Made by a program: the position numbers and the translations under genes. Under the pieces are notes generated by a model. The model was given only the letters and a program-made list of their open reading frames with translations, made no database searches and had not been told where the DNA came from. A DNA stretch of 64,000 nucleotides, from IMG/VR virus record IMGVR_UViG_3300019886_000004, positions 32,001-96,000 of that record. One strand, written 5' to 3'. The DNA comes from a virus. The first letter of the stretch is position 1. Every line of letters starts with the position of its first letter. Positions 30,101 through 39,278 of the stretch are shown here, piece by piece.

Positions 30101-33100
30101 TTAGAAGATTCTGTATATTCTAGCCTTGCATTTGAAACTTCTAATAAAACTGTAACACAAGAAGAAGGTGTAGATAGCAGAGGTAGATTTAATAATACTT
30201 TAGATGAAGAACCTTACAAACAATTCATACAGGGGTACTTACGTTATTTAAATCAAAACGGTTTACCAGTTGATGGTTTACATGGAAAGATAATAAAAGA
30301 TAATGAAGCTTTACCTCATACTGAAGAAACTCAAGCAGCTATATTAACCAAAGGTTATGGTTCTGTATTAGTTATAACTGATATAGATCGTAATATTTTA
30401 CATTTCGATAAAAATTATACATCATCTCCGGATGAAAGAGAAGGAGCACAACCTATTGTATTTTCTTTTACTTCTCAGTATTTTGATGATTTAAAAAATG
30501 CTCGAGCTGCAGTAGGTCAGGAAAGAACTGGAATATCAGCTGATGATTTCTTAAAAAAATATCAAACAGAAAAAGAGCAACAAGATTTAGCTAGACAACT
30601 AAATTATAAAGGTAAAGAAATAAATGTAGAAGTAATTGGTATATCAAAAGGAGTAACAAGAAAATCTCAAGAACCTATCAGAGCTTCTGATGTTATTACT
30701 GAATCAATGAAACCATTACTTCATATACCTTCTAGTAGTGAAAGATTTGATCCAGCAAATCCTGAAGCTAGTAAATACGTATTGCACGGTAATCAAACAC
30801 TTATTAGTGGAGCTCTTTATGCTGAAACTGTTGATTCCAATACTAATATAGTATCTTATACTAGACTTATACCTAACTTAATTTCAGATATACCCGAACT
30901 ATTTGAAAATATAAAGTCTTTACTAAATAATAAATATACAAATAAAAATCAAGCTATAATTGCCAGGGATTATTTAAAAGAGTTATTATTTTTAGGTAGA
31001 CCAAAAAGACCTAATTTAACTATAACTGAGAATGAAGATGGATCAGAATATAATATTAGATTACTTCAAGATGACCAATTAATAGATCCAGAGGCAACTA
31101 TGACATTTATTACTCAACAGAGATTGAATATATCAAAGTCTAATATTGAAAATGATGAACATAATGAAGTAACATTAAAAGGTAATAATATAAAGATTGA
31201 AACGAAACCTAATTATAAAAATTACATACTACAAAATTCTACTACTGTAGATATACCAGTTCAAACTTCCGAGGGTTCTAAATTCATACCACTTAATACA
31301 TATGCAGCTTTCAACTTCTTAGATAGTGTTGATAGTATGAAAGCTAAATTAGCTGAACCTGAAAAAGAGTTTGCTGAAGAAAGTGGTACTAATTTTGATG
31401 AAAACAGTGTTGCTATATTTAGACACGGACAGAATAACGAAGATATAACTGGAAAGAATTCTGGAAAGAATGACATACCTCTAAATAAAAAGGGTAGGGA
31501 AGATGCAAGAGCTATTGGTGCTATAATGAAATCATTAAGTATTATTAAAATTATAACATCTAAAATTTTAAGAGCAATTGAAACAGCACAATTAGCTGGT
31601 AAAGTTATTGGTGCAAAATCTATTGAAACTAATGAACTATTAAATACGTGGGATATTGGAGACTTTACCAGTCTACCAGATGATCAATTTGATGAACGTT
31701 GGTTTGTACTTCATCCTGATGAATTAATTAAAGATGGTAAAAAACTAGGTGAGTCTTTCAATACTTTTTTATCTAGAGCACAAAAGGGATATAAGTTTAT
31801 AGAAGGACTAGATAAAGAAACAGCTATTGTATCTCACTCGCGCAATATACGAGCATGGACAGCAATCAAAGAAAATAATGGTTTCTGGAATGAAAATGCA
31901 CTTGAAACTTTTTTAAATAAGAAAACTTCATTAGATTCTACTTCTATACAAAGACAGGAAACAGTTAGAGATAACTCCACTTTAACCAAGCAACCTTTAA
32001 AAAGACTTGGTAAAGTACAGACTAAAAGCGTTGAAGATTTAGCTAAGGAACAAGATGAATTAGATAAGGGAAATACAGAAGGTCTTACAGCGTCTGCAGA
32101 TGTTAGAGAAAATAGATCATTGATTGGAAATAGAGAAATACTTGAAGCCAATAGAATGTTTGGTGCTGAAATAATAGTTAGAGTTGATGAAATAGCTAAC
32201 TCTGATGCGCGAGCTTTATGGACTACATCTGGTATTAAATTATATCGTGACGCACGCAAAGGCGATGGTTATCACGAAGCATGGCATCATTTTTCTCAGC
32301 TTTATTTAACTTTACCTGAGAAAAGATCACTCTATGATGAAGCAAGAAAGAAAGGTGTAAACTATACAGATCGTTCTGGTCGTAAACTTAATACTAAATC
32401 TGTTTCTGATATTGACCTAGAAGAAATGATTGCAGATGATTTCAGAGATTACGTAGAAAGTAATGGTAAATCAAGATTAGTAGATAGACCTTATCGTAAT
32501 AACATATTTAGAAAGATACTCGACTTCTTAAAGAGATTCTTTTTCGGAGATGTTAATATTTCTAAACTTTATGATGATCTTTATAAAGGTAATTTAAATA
32601 AATATGAACCATCTATCAATAATGCTATGTGGGGTAAATTAACCTCTAAAGCAGTTGATGGACACGGTAATGAAATAGTTGATAATCAGAAAGCAGCTTA
32701 CTATAGAGATATAGTAGATTACTTCATGGGAGAACAATTACTAGCTGGTAATACTTCAGTGGAGTCTTTACGAAAGAATAAAAAACTAGCAGAAGCGGTT
32801 TATGGTAATATTTATAACGAACTGGTTACAAGATATTATAACCCAATGCTGGATAAATTTGATGCTGGTGAGGAAATCAACCAAACAGTAGCAGAAGAAC
32901 TAAATAATATTCTGACTAACTGGGAAGCTTTTGTAGATTATCATAAGAGAGCTTCTAAACTTTTCTTAAACATCCAACATGAGCTTGCTATAGATGTACC
33001 AGAGAATCCAGAGGATGTAAAGTCTGAAACTGACATATCTGAAGGAGATGATGAATTAAAGAATGAAAGCGATGAACAATTTGGAGAGGATGAAGTAGAT

Positions 33101-36100
33101 AAAGATGTAATGCAGAGTGATAAGCTTTATGATGTTTCAGGCAATGAACAATCTTCCATTAATGCAGCCTCAATTCAAACAAGAGGTTTAATAAGAATGT
33201 TACCAGCTATAGATTTTGATAATGGTAACTTTACAATTTTATTAGATAATAATGGATTCCCAAGGCTTAATGACTACGCTAGAACTTGGAATAACATAGC
33301 TTATGAATTATCTGATCTTAATTCTTATGATGAAATGATTAATAAGCTTCGTGATCCTAAAACTTTAAAGAAGATACCTGAAGTAAGTGTACTTCTTAAA
33401 CATCTTCCAAATCCAGACAAAGATCACACACCTAGAGAGATAAATACAATAGCTGCTTTTAGAACAGATTTCAATAGAGCTTATATTGGTATATATTCTG
33501 GTAAGATGAATAATAACGGTAATTATTATTTGAACGAAGAAACTAAAAGAAATTTAGACCAAGTAAAAAAGACTTGGACTGCTAACTTTTACAATAAGAC
33601 TTCAGATGATCCAGATGTAGCTGGAGAAAGGATATTGGTGGATGAGGATAATGGTAAGAACTATTTAAATCCCAGTATAATATTATCCTATAATCCAGGA
33701 GCTATAGCAGGTAAAGAAGCTTTACTAAAATTACTAGGTATTAGTTTTTCTGATGAAGCTAAAAATGATAGATTCTATACTGGACAGTTAAGTCAACTCT
33801 TGGCTGATATACAAACTAATATAAATGAGCGTCATCAAAATGGTCAAAGAATATACAATCCTACATTTGATCTCAGAAGCGATTTAAAGGACAATAAGAC
33901 AGGAGAAGTTATAGTTAGGGGTTTATATGGTGTTCTTGATGGATTGTTTTATTTCCAGTCTAAATACGCCTCAGATGTACCCTCATTATCCTATCAGACA
34001 GCTGAAGGTGAAATGATCTATGGTTTAAGTTTAAATCATACTTTATCTATAGTTTCTAATAAGCTTAACAAAGCAACAAGTTACGATGATATAAAAAATG
34101 ATCCTTCTATGCAACATTTGGATTATACAAATAATCCTTATGTTCTTGGATCAATTTTTCTTAAGAAATTATTCAATTTAAATAAAGGAACTAGATTAAA
34201 AGATAATTATATAATAGTAGGTAACTACAATGGTTTTAAACAGCAGGATGAAGATGGAGATACTGTGGGTTATTCTACTACGAATTTAAATGTACGTCAA
34301 AAAGCTATCTTTGATATTAATTCGCTTTTAACTAAAGGTGTAGTAGAAGTAATGAGAACAGAAAGTTCCAAAAGTGCTTACTTTATAAAACTTCATCATT
34401 ATGAAAAAGATAATGCTGGAGATCCTAGTAAGTCTTATTTACCTATAGGTTTTAGTGAATTACCTGCTGGATTTCAAAGCCCTCGTTTAATGAATTATAT
34501 GATTGATGGTTATTTACATGACGAGTTAAATAGAATGAAAACCGCAGCTAATGTAGATGTTTATAAGAATGATCCTAAACTTATGCAAGCAGCACAAGGT
34601 TTCAATCTATTCAGAGATGTACTTAGGGGAATTTTAGATCAATATGGTAATCTTAGAGCTACTGAAAAGAATGCTGAAAGTTTAAAAGATTCCATAAAAT
34701 CAGATCTTGAAAGACATTCGCCTGATGCAATAATAGAAAAATATAGAGATAGAATCGAACAGGCAATAAATAGGTTTTTTGAGAGCGAATTTAAGTCATT
34801 GAAAGAAGGACTTGAAGAAGAAAACATCACTGGAGATGACATAGCTAAAAACTTACCTAGTAAGTCTTATGATCAGCAGTTACGTACTTTTATAGCTAAT
34901 GATTTTTTACTTAATGTAGAATACACTAAGTTATTTAATGGAGACACGATTTATCAAGCTCATTACAAAGATTATTTTAAAAGATCCAAAGGAGATATAT
35001 CTACAGGTAAAACTCCAATGACGGATGATCTATTTGCTAGACATATGCGTTCTATTGAGAAAAATACTTTTGGTGCTTTTATTCAATCAACAATACCTAA
35101 TGATTATAAAACATTCAGAACTATTAATTTTAAAGATGACACAAGAGATTCCAAATATATAGAGATATATAGAAAAGACTTACTTGCCGCAGATCCTACG
35201 TTAAAACCTGAAGAAATAGATAAATGGTTAGAAAAATATAAAGGTATGAAAATTGCTGATGGTCAAGGTTATGTAACTTTGGATTTCTATCGCCAATTTT
35301 TAAAATCTATTAATAACTGGTCAGATGCGCAAGAAAAAGGATATCAGGTTGAGCTAGCTAAGTATAGACTCGCTAATAAATCATTTAACACTGACTATAC
35401 AAATGAAATGCAAGAATATGATAGAGAATTCTTAAAAGCTAATCCTCAGAACTTTTCTTATTATCCTCCTCTTAAAATTCAATATAATGGTCCTATAAAA
35501 GCTAAAGGTACAGGAGCAATGGTAATGGATAAGTTTTCTGTTGTGCCCTTAATACCATCCATACTTCAGAACACACCGCTCGAACAAATTCACAATGAAA
35601 TGTTAAAAGCTGGTATTGGTTATGCAAAATATGCATCAGGTACTAAGAAGTATTTACATCCTCCAGTTGAAATTTACAATGAGGACGGATTTCAAGGACT
35701 TGATCTTTCTAAACACGAACCTGCTGTACATTTTTTAGATTATCTTAAAGAACAGATTAATACCAATCCTAAGACTAAATCAGAATCCATATTTGGTTCT
35801 CAAATACGTAAGTTAATTGAAGCCAATATTTTTAGTAACGGTACTGCAGATAAAATAGATTTGGATAGACACGAAAGATATAAAAGTTACATAAAAGGTA
35901 TTATTGATCTAGGTAAAAAAGAGTTATTCAATGAAATAGGACTTTCTGAATCTGAAGGAAGAATAAGAATAGGTGATATGGAAAAGTTTATTTCTACTAT
36001 TCAACAACAAGCTGAACTTAGGGAGCTGAATGATAATATAAAAGATTACATACAATATGATAAAGATACCAAAAAACTTAAATATGCTCTTGAAACTTCT

Positions 36101-39100
36101 TTGAATAGAAAACCTATCCAAGACCTTTTAATGGGTATTGTTGACAGAAGGATGAGAGTTCAGAAATTAAGTGGAGATCAACTTATACAGATATCATCTT
36201 CTGGATATCAAGCTAATGACTTTAAATATACTAAAGCAACAGATGAAGAAGTAAAAAAATATGGTACAAACGGTCTTAGATTTTACCACCTTGAATATGA
36301 TGAAAATGGTAAACCTAAAAATATTGTATCATCTCAAGTCAAGGTAGGTTTAAGTACTAATGGATTTGATAAACTTTTAAATAAAAAACATCCAGATGGT
36401 AAAAGGATAAGTACCCTAGAGAGATTAAATGAACTTTTAAGAGATGGCAATTGGCGCAAAGAGAATAAAAAAAGTATAACATTAATAGGTTATCGTATAC
36501 CTACGCAAGGTTTTAATTCTATGGAACATTTGGAAGTATCTGAATTTTTACCTCCTCATGTAGGATCTTCTATAATTGTTCCAGCTGAGATTGTAGCTAA
36601 ATCAGGATCTGACTTTGATATTGATAAAATGTCTATCTTTAGACCATCCTTTGATGAGAATGGTGAGATTATAGACGGAGGATCTAAAGAAGGTTATTCC
36701 AATAAAATTATAAATTTATTCTCAGAAATACTTTCTGATCCTAAAATCTTTAAACAACTAATTAGACCTAATGACACTGATCTAGTTAAACCTGAAACAA
36801 ATGATGTTGCTGTAGCGATAGGTAAAAGAAGTGCCTCTGATATTAAAGATCCTAAGCCTTACTCAGGAACTCAGATTTATAGATATAAAAATAACTTAAG
36901 AAAGTTTGAAACTCTTTTATCCGCTAAGAAACTGTTAAGCATATTTGCTGTTAATAATACATTTAGTACTGTTATGCAGCAGGCTGGTACTACTATGGCT
37001 ACTACTTATGGTCTTGAAAAAGGAGTTAACAGAAATGTTAAGTTATTTTTGATGAGTCCTAAAGAAAGGCAAAAGGTTATCAAAGATAATAGAATTCTCT
37101 TAGGTTCTAAATATTCTGTTGATGGTAATTTCAAGCAAGACTTTTATAGCCAATTAATTAACGCTACAGTTGATGCTGCTTCTGATGACTTCTTTGGTTA
37201 TGTGAATATGTCATATGAGAATGTAAACGTTCTTTGTCATTTAATTAATCAAGGTGTACCATTTGACCGTGCTATATGGTTCTTAAATCAACCAGTCCTC
37301 TTACGTTATTATTCTGACATGCGTAAAAGACAAAGAGGTGTAGGTAAAGACTCTGTTAAGGCAACTATACTAGGTCAACTTACAGGAAAGGATTATTTCT
37401 TTCAGTCAGAGACCACTGGAAGAATGATGCTTGATAGAGCTATATATAATAAGGATATAAACAATATATTAAATAATCCTAAGTACACTAATTTATTCTT
37501 AAGTAAAGATGTACTTAAGAAATATACTGTTAAGAATAAGAATGTTGATGAGTTCTTACAAGATCCTAAGACTAAAACCTATAATGCTATTGTCCTAGCT
37601 TATTTTATAAGTCTTCAAGAGCAAGCTGGATTATTTAGAGATTTACAAAGAGTATCAAGTTACGATACAACTAAAACTTCTAGTCCCACTATTGCTTATA
37701 ATCTATTTGCAGTATCAAAACAAATAGAAGCAAATAAAATGTTTAATGCTGAGGAGGTCAGTAAAATATCAACTAAAAGTATAATAGGAGCTTTTGATAA
37801 TAAAAAATTGGTAGCTACTATCGGTGCGGCTTTGATGCCCGTGGCTTTTAATCCTTATTTTATGTCCAAATCGGTAGCTATAATAAAAAAGAATACTCAA
37901 TATGCTACTAGAACAGCTCAGAAAAAATTCATTAACAATTATGAAACTCAATGGATAGAATACGTAGTTAAAAGCTTAGGTAAAATAGGTGACTATTCTA
38001 TACCTCAATATACTAGATATCTACAAGAAGGTAAAGGTAGTTTAGCTAGAAGGTTTAATGAGATTATTGGAAAGTATCCAGAACTCAAACAAGACTATGC
38101 GCTGGTTAATAAACTAAGACCAAACTTTCCAAACCAAGTTAATATAAAGAAATCTAATATAGAGGTATACAGGTTATTCGAGAATACCACTGATGATCAG
38201 AATAGATACATATCAGAATTTAGAAATCTAATTAATTTAGATTCTAAAAAATACAATCCACAGCAAACTATAGAAATTCAGAAGTTTTTTAGAGACTTAG
38301 CTATTCTAGGATTCACACAGTCAGGTTTCAATAAAAGTAACATTTCGTTTCAAGATATAATACCTTACGAGCAACTAGCAGATATCTTTAAAACAACTCT
38401 AGATAACTTCAATAAATATATAGCAAAAGATCCAAGTTTATTAGATAGTTACATAAAACAATTTCAGTCCCAATTTTCTAGTAATCAAAAGTCTAATAAG
38501 CAATCATGGAGAGGTAGAGATTACTATCTAACTGATGAAGCAAACAAAGCAATAAGAGCTAAAACAGGTAAACCAGAAGAAGTCAAGAAAGCTCAAATCA
38601 ACGTTCAACCAGAACCAGAAGCTTTTGAAAATATTAAAAAAGTCAAACTAACTGAAACCAATCAACAAGAGCAACTAGCACCACTAGTAAAAACAGAACG
38701 TCAATATTGGCCTGGCGATGAAGTACCTGAAAGCACTAATGAATTAGAAAAAGCTATTGGCAAAGCTCAGTATAAAATGATGATGGATAATTTGAGAGAT
38801 TCAAATAATGATTACTTTTATGATGACTTACCTGATAGCTATACTAAGGAAGATTTTGATAAATACATCGATAATGAAGATTTTATTCTACAAACTAAAA
38901 TAACACCTGAAAACTTTGAAAGGTTTTTACAGGTTTATAATAGATTTGGTGACTCGATAGTTACTGATGATGGTGGAGAATATTCACTGGAATCCTTAAC
39001 TAATAGTCTAAGAAATAAACTAATATTTGATGAAAATGGAAGTAGTGCAATAGAATACCATGATGGAATAAAAAGTATTTTTGAAGAGTATATCAAAGAT

Positions 39101-39274
39101 AGAACACCTGATGATATGAAAGATAACGTTGAGAAAATTCTTGGAGATTATGGACTTCTTAAGTTTAGAGACTACAATTCAAATCAACCTAAACTAGAAT
39201 TTCCAAACGAATCTGAAGGTAGATATTATACAGATGAAGAATATAAAGAAAAGTTAAAAAACTGTAAAGGATAA
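27125..39274 (+). CDS. Virion RNA polymerase polyprotein with zincin and histidine-phosphatase domains
   Basis: Double-psi-barrel catalytic motif SGSDFDIDK (DFDID at 36611-36625), plus YRIPTQ and ADGQGY. Zincin HEAWH at 32273-32287. RHG phosphatase at about 31405-31900. Confidence 0.9.
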   Translation: MPTSDNFTGINDTNILAAQQDSDSRFSDLMQNNPKSFVDPNNITQPEAPKGLYGTVNPGENINIDKTSYAYNAADYNNNTTNLAKKYPGSNGLPDILLPQSETNRYTGNDFGFKIDRNNESFYEKQQGFWKTLGNVGANLIGKTVAYAAQNAGFILGAPVAAGTMDISNMTDNFLVRAGDWLKDKTAEDFPIYKSDKYTQGNIWEKLGTIGWWADDAADRVALTAAMFLPGFAEAKGLGLFGTTLDTAGNLRATGIATKAIQNLAADPENYGQLGKLFLSKLYKAAAEGVADTGTQPALRAYAQNLSRAELFGWNIIGQSGLNAKETQEAIMKATGDKDKAANGAMKSFWETVPLALAGSLVEIPQMFSTRNTAKSILNKVFNKETGETLEEGLALKGPSIGKTLLKAIGTGFEHGQNESMQVAVSRYNEESAEGKDKRGTLQGIFGDFMDNIHDPNGQNNIALGTIQGILMTLGGRGFDKFVTHQTENEGKQALAVFNSINEARLARRIYGADFNQRDENGNIVVDAQGKPVKDQQKIADAGLSLAGSQNAVELKQKALEQGNYTGAAFVDHKMLSSFAYNFFADANGMEHLSNILKLEAKTNDKNPDRINDVDENGNEITPQVQLQRNLNTINELRKVYNAIDQRHAGFMNLDIDKKNKDEVKQATAFIDKLKFDQYNEASKQIFFKNQIEKNNREIASLGVDTLDDSNHFKDPSNPMEEKFNELHVMNGALNEILDESKEKYKNLVNKKLQKEAFKIDKAFNEQVEEKANSQPKQENVETTPEQQPTVVNNPTSQNQTQTPETAQQTTPLQTEGTSTPEVAKSIPAGQALLNKRNEDLAKATTQEEKDAIQQQYVKDSLDIADKKKQQEKKPGKSVVDIKEMIPDTKTIHKDELAKLNSIINEEARNGNITPEQEQQLLDTLDKKKVVGTIFDTEDLEDETPETQEESEPTQVEPTDQSIDSGSSTEDSEQVIPEQEYDPETADIDTRGLEDSVYSSLAFETSNKTVTQEEGVDSRGRFNNTLDEEPYKQFIQGYLRYLNQNGLPVDGLHGKIIKDNEALPHTEETQAAILTKGYGSVLVITDIDRNILHFDKNYTSSPDEREGAQPIVFSFTSQYFDDLKNARAAVGQERTGISADDFLKKYQTEKEQQDLARQLNYKGKEINVEVIGISKGVTRKSQEPIRASDVITESMKPLLHIPSSSERFDPANPEASKYVLHGNQTLISGALYAETVDSNTNIVSYTRLIPNLISDIPELFENIKSLLNNKYTNKNQAIIARDYLKELLFLGRPKRPNLTITENEDGSEYNIRLLQDDQLIDPEATMTFITQQRLNISKSNIENDEHNEVTLKGNNIKIETKPNYKNYILQNSTTVDIPVQTSEGSKFIPLNTYAAFNFLDSVDSMKAKLAEPEKEFAEESGTNFDENSVAIFRHGQNNEDITGKNSGKNDIPLNKKGREDARAIGAIMKSLSIIKIITSKILRAIETAQLAGKVIGAKSIETNELLNTWDIGDFTSLPDDQFDERWFVLHPDELIKDGKKLGESFNTFLSRAQKGYKFIEGLDKETAIVSHSRNIRAWTAIKENNGFWNENALETFLNKKTSLDSTSIQRQETVRDNSTLTKQPLKRLGKVQTKSVEDLAKEQDELDKGNTEGLTASADVRENRSLIGNREILEANRMFGAEIIVRVDEIANSDARALWTTSGIKLYRDARKGDGYHEAWHHFSQLYLTLPEKRSLYDEARKKGVNYTDRSGRKLNTKSVSDIDLEEMIADDFRDYVESNGKSRLVDRPYRNNIFRKILDFLKRFFFGDVNISKLYDDLYKGNLNKYEPSINNAMWGKLTSKAVDGHGNEIVDNQKAAYYRDIVDYFMGEQLLAGNTSVESLRKNKKLAEAVYGNIYNELVTRYYNPMLDKFDAGEEINQTVAEELNNILTNWEAFVDYHKRASKLFLNIQHELAIDVPENPEDVKSETDISEGDDELKNESDEQFGEDEVDKDVMQSDKLYDVSGNEQSSINAASIQTRGLIRMLPAIDFDNGNFTILLDNNGFPRLNDYARTWNNIAYELSDLNSYDEMINKLRDPKTLKKIPEVSVLLKHLPNPDKDHTPREINTIAAFRTDFNRAYIGIYSGKMNNNGNYYLNEETKRNLDQVKKTWTANFYNKTSDDPDVAGERILVDEDNGKNYLNPSIILSYNPGAIAGKEALLKLLGISFSDEAKNDRFYTGQLSQLLADIQTNINERHQNGQRIYNPTFDLRSDLKDNKTGEVIVRGLYGVLDGLFYFQSKYASDVPSLSYQTAEGEMIYGLSLNHTLSIVSNKLNKATSYDDIKNDPSMQHLDYTNNPYVLGSIFLKKLFNLNKGTRLKDNYIIVGNYNGFKQQDEDGDTVGYSTTNLNVRQKAIFDINSLLTKGVVEVMRTESSKSAYFIKLHHYEKDNAGDPSKSYLPIGFSELPAGFQSPRLMNYMIDGYLHDELNRMKTAANVDVYKNDPKLMQAAQGFNLFRDVLRGILDQYGNLRATEKNAESLKDSIKSDLERHSPDAIIEKYRDRIEQAINRFFESEFKSLKEGLEEENITGDDIAKNLPSKSYDQQLRTFIANDFLLNVEYTKLFNGDTIYQAHYKDYFKRSKGDISTGKTPMTDDLFARHMRSIEKNTFGAFIQSTIPNDYKTFRTINFKDDTRDSKYIEIYRKDLLAADPTLKPEEIDKWLEKYKGMKIADGQGYVTLDFYRQFLKSINNWSDAQEKGYQVELAKYRLANKSFNTDYTNEMQEYDREFLKANPQNFSYYPPLKIQYNGPIKAKGTGAMVMDKFSVVPLIPSILQNTPLEQIHNEMLKAGIGYAKYASGTKKYLHPPVEIYNEDGFQGLDLSKHEPAVHFLDYLKEQINTNPKTKSESIFGSQIRKLIEANIFSNGTADKIDLDRHERYKSYIKGIIDLGKKELFNEIGLSESEGRIRIGDMEKFISTIQQQAELRELNDNIKDYIQYDKDTKKLKYALETSLNRKPIQDLLMGIVDRRMRVQKLSGDQLIQISSSGYQANDFKYTKATDEEVKKYGTNGLRFYHLEYDENGKPKNIVSSQVKVGLSTNGFDKLLNKKHPDGKRISTLERLNELLRDGNWRKENKKSITLIGYRIPTQGFNSMEHLEVSEFLPPHVGSSIIVPAEIVAKSGSDFDIDKMSIFRPSFDENGEIIDGGSKEGYSNKIINLFSEILSDPKIFKQLIRPNDTDLVKPETNDVAVAIGKRSASDIKDPKPYSGTQIYRYKNNLRKFETLLSAKKLLSIFAVNNTFSTVMQQAGTTMATTYGLEKGVNRNVKLFLMSPKERQKVIKDNRILLGSKYSVDGNFKQDFYSQLINATVDAASDDFFGYVNMSYENVNVLCHLINQGVPFDRAIWFLNQPVLLRYYSDMRKRQRGVGKDSVKATILGQLTGKDYFFQSETTGRMMLDRAIYNKDINNILNNPKYTNLFLSKDVLKKYTVKNKNVDEFLQDPKTKTYNAIVLAYFISLQEQAGLFRDLQRVSSYDTTKTSSPTIAYNLFAVSKQIEANKMFNAEEVSKISTKSIIGAFDNKKLVATIGAALMPVAFNPYFMSKSVAIIKKNTQYATRTAQKKFINNYETQWIEYVVKSLGKIGDYSIPQYTRYLQEGKGSLARRFNEIIGKYPELKQDYALVNKLRPNFPNQVNIKKSNIEVYRLFENTTDDQNRYISEFRNLINLDSKKYNPQQTIEIQKFFRDLAILGFTQSGFNKSNISFQDIIPYEQLADIFKTTLDNFNKYIAKDPSLLDSYIKQFQSQFSSNQKSNKQSWRGRDYYLTDEANKAIRAKTGKPEEVKKAQINVQPEPEAFENIKKVKLTETNQQEQLAPLVKTERQYWPGDEVPESTNELEKAIGKAQYKMMMDNLRDSNNDYFYDDLPDSYTKEDFDKYIDNEDFILQTKITPENFERFLQVYNRFGDSIVTDDGGEYSLESLTNSLRNKLIFDENGSSAIEYHDGIKSIFEEYIKDRTPDDMKDNVEKILGDYGLLKFRDYNSNQPKLEFPNESEGRYYTDEEYKEKLKNCKG

Positions 39275-39278
39275 ACCA

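Noticed and set aside
27125-39274. Intein explaining the large RNAP size
   Set aside because: No intein splice-junction or LAGLIDADG blocks were recognised. The extra length is accounted for by the N-terminal region, linker, phosphatase and zincin domains.
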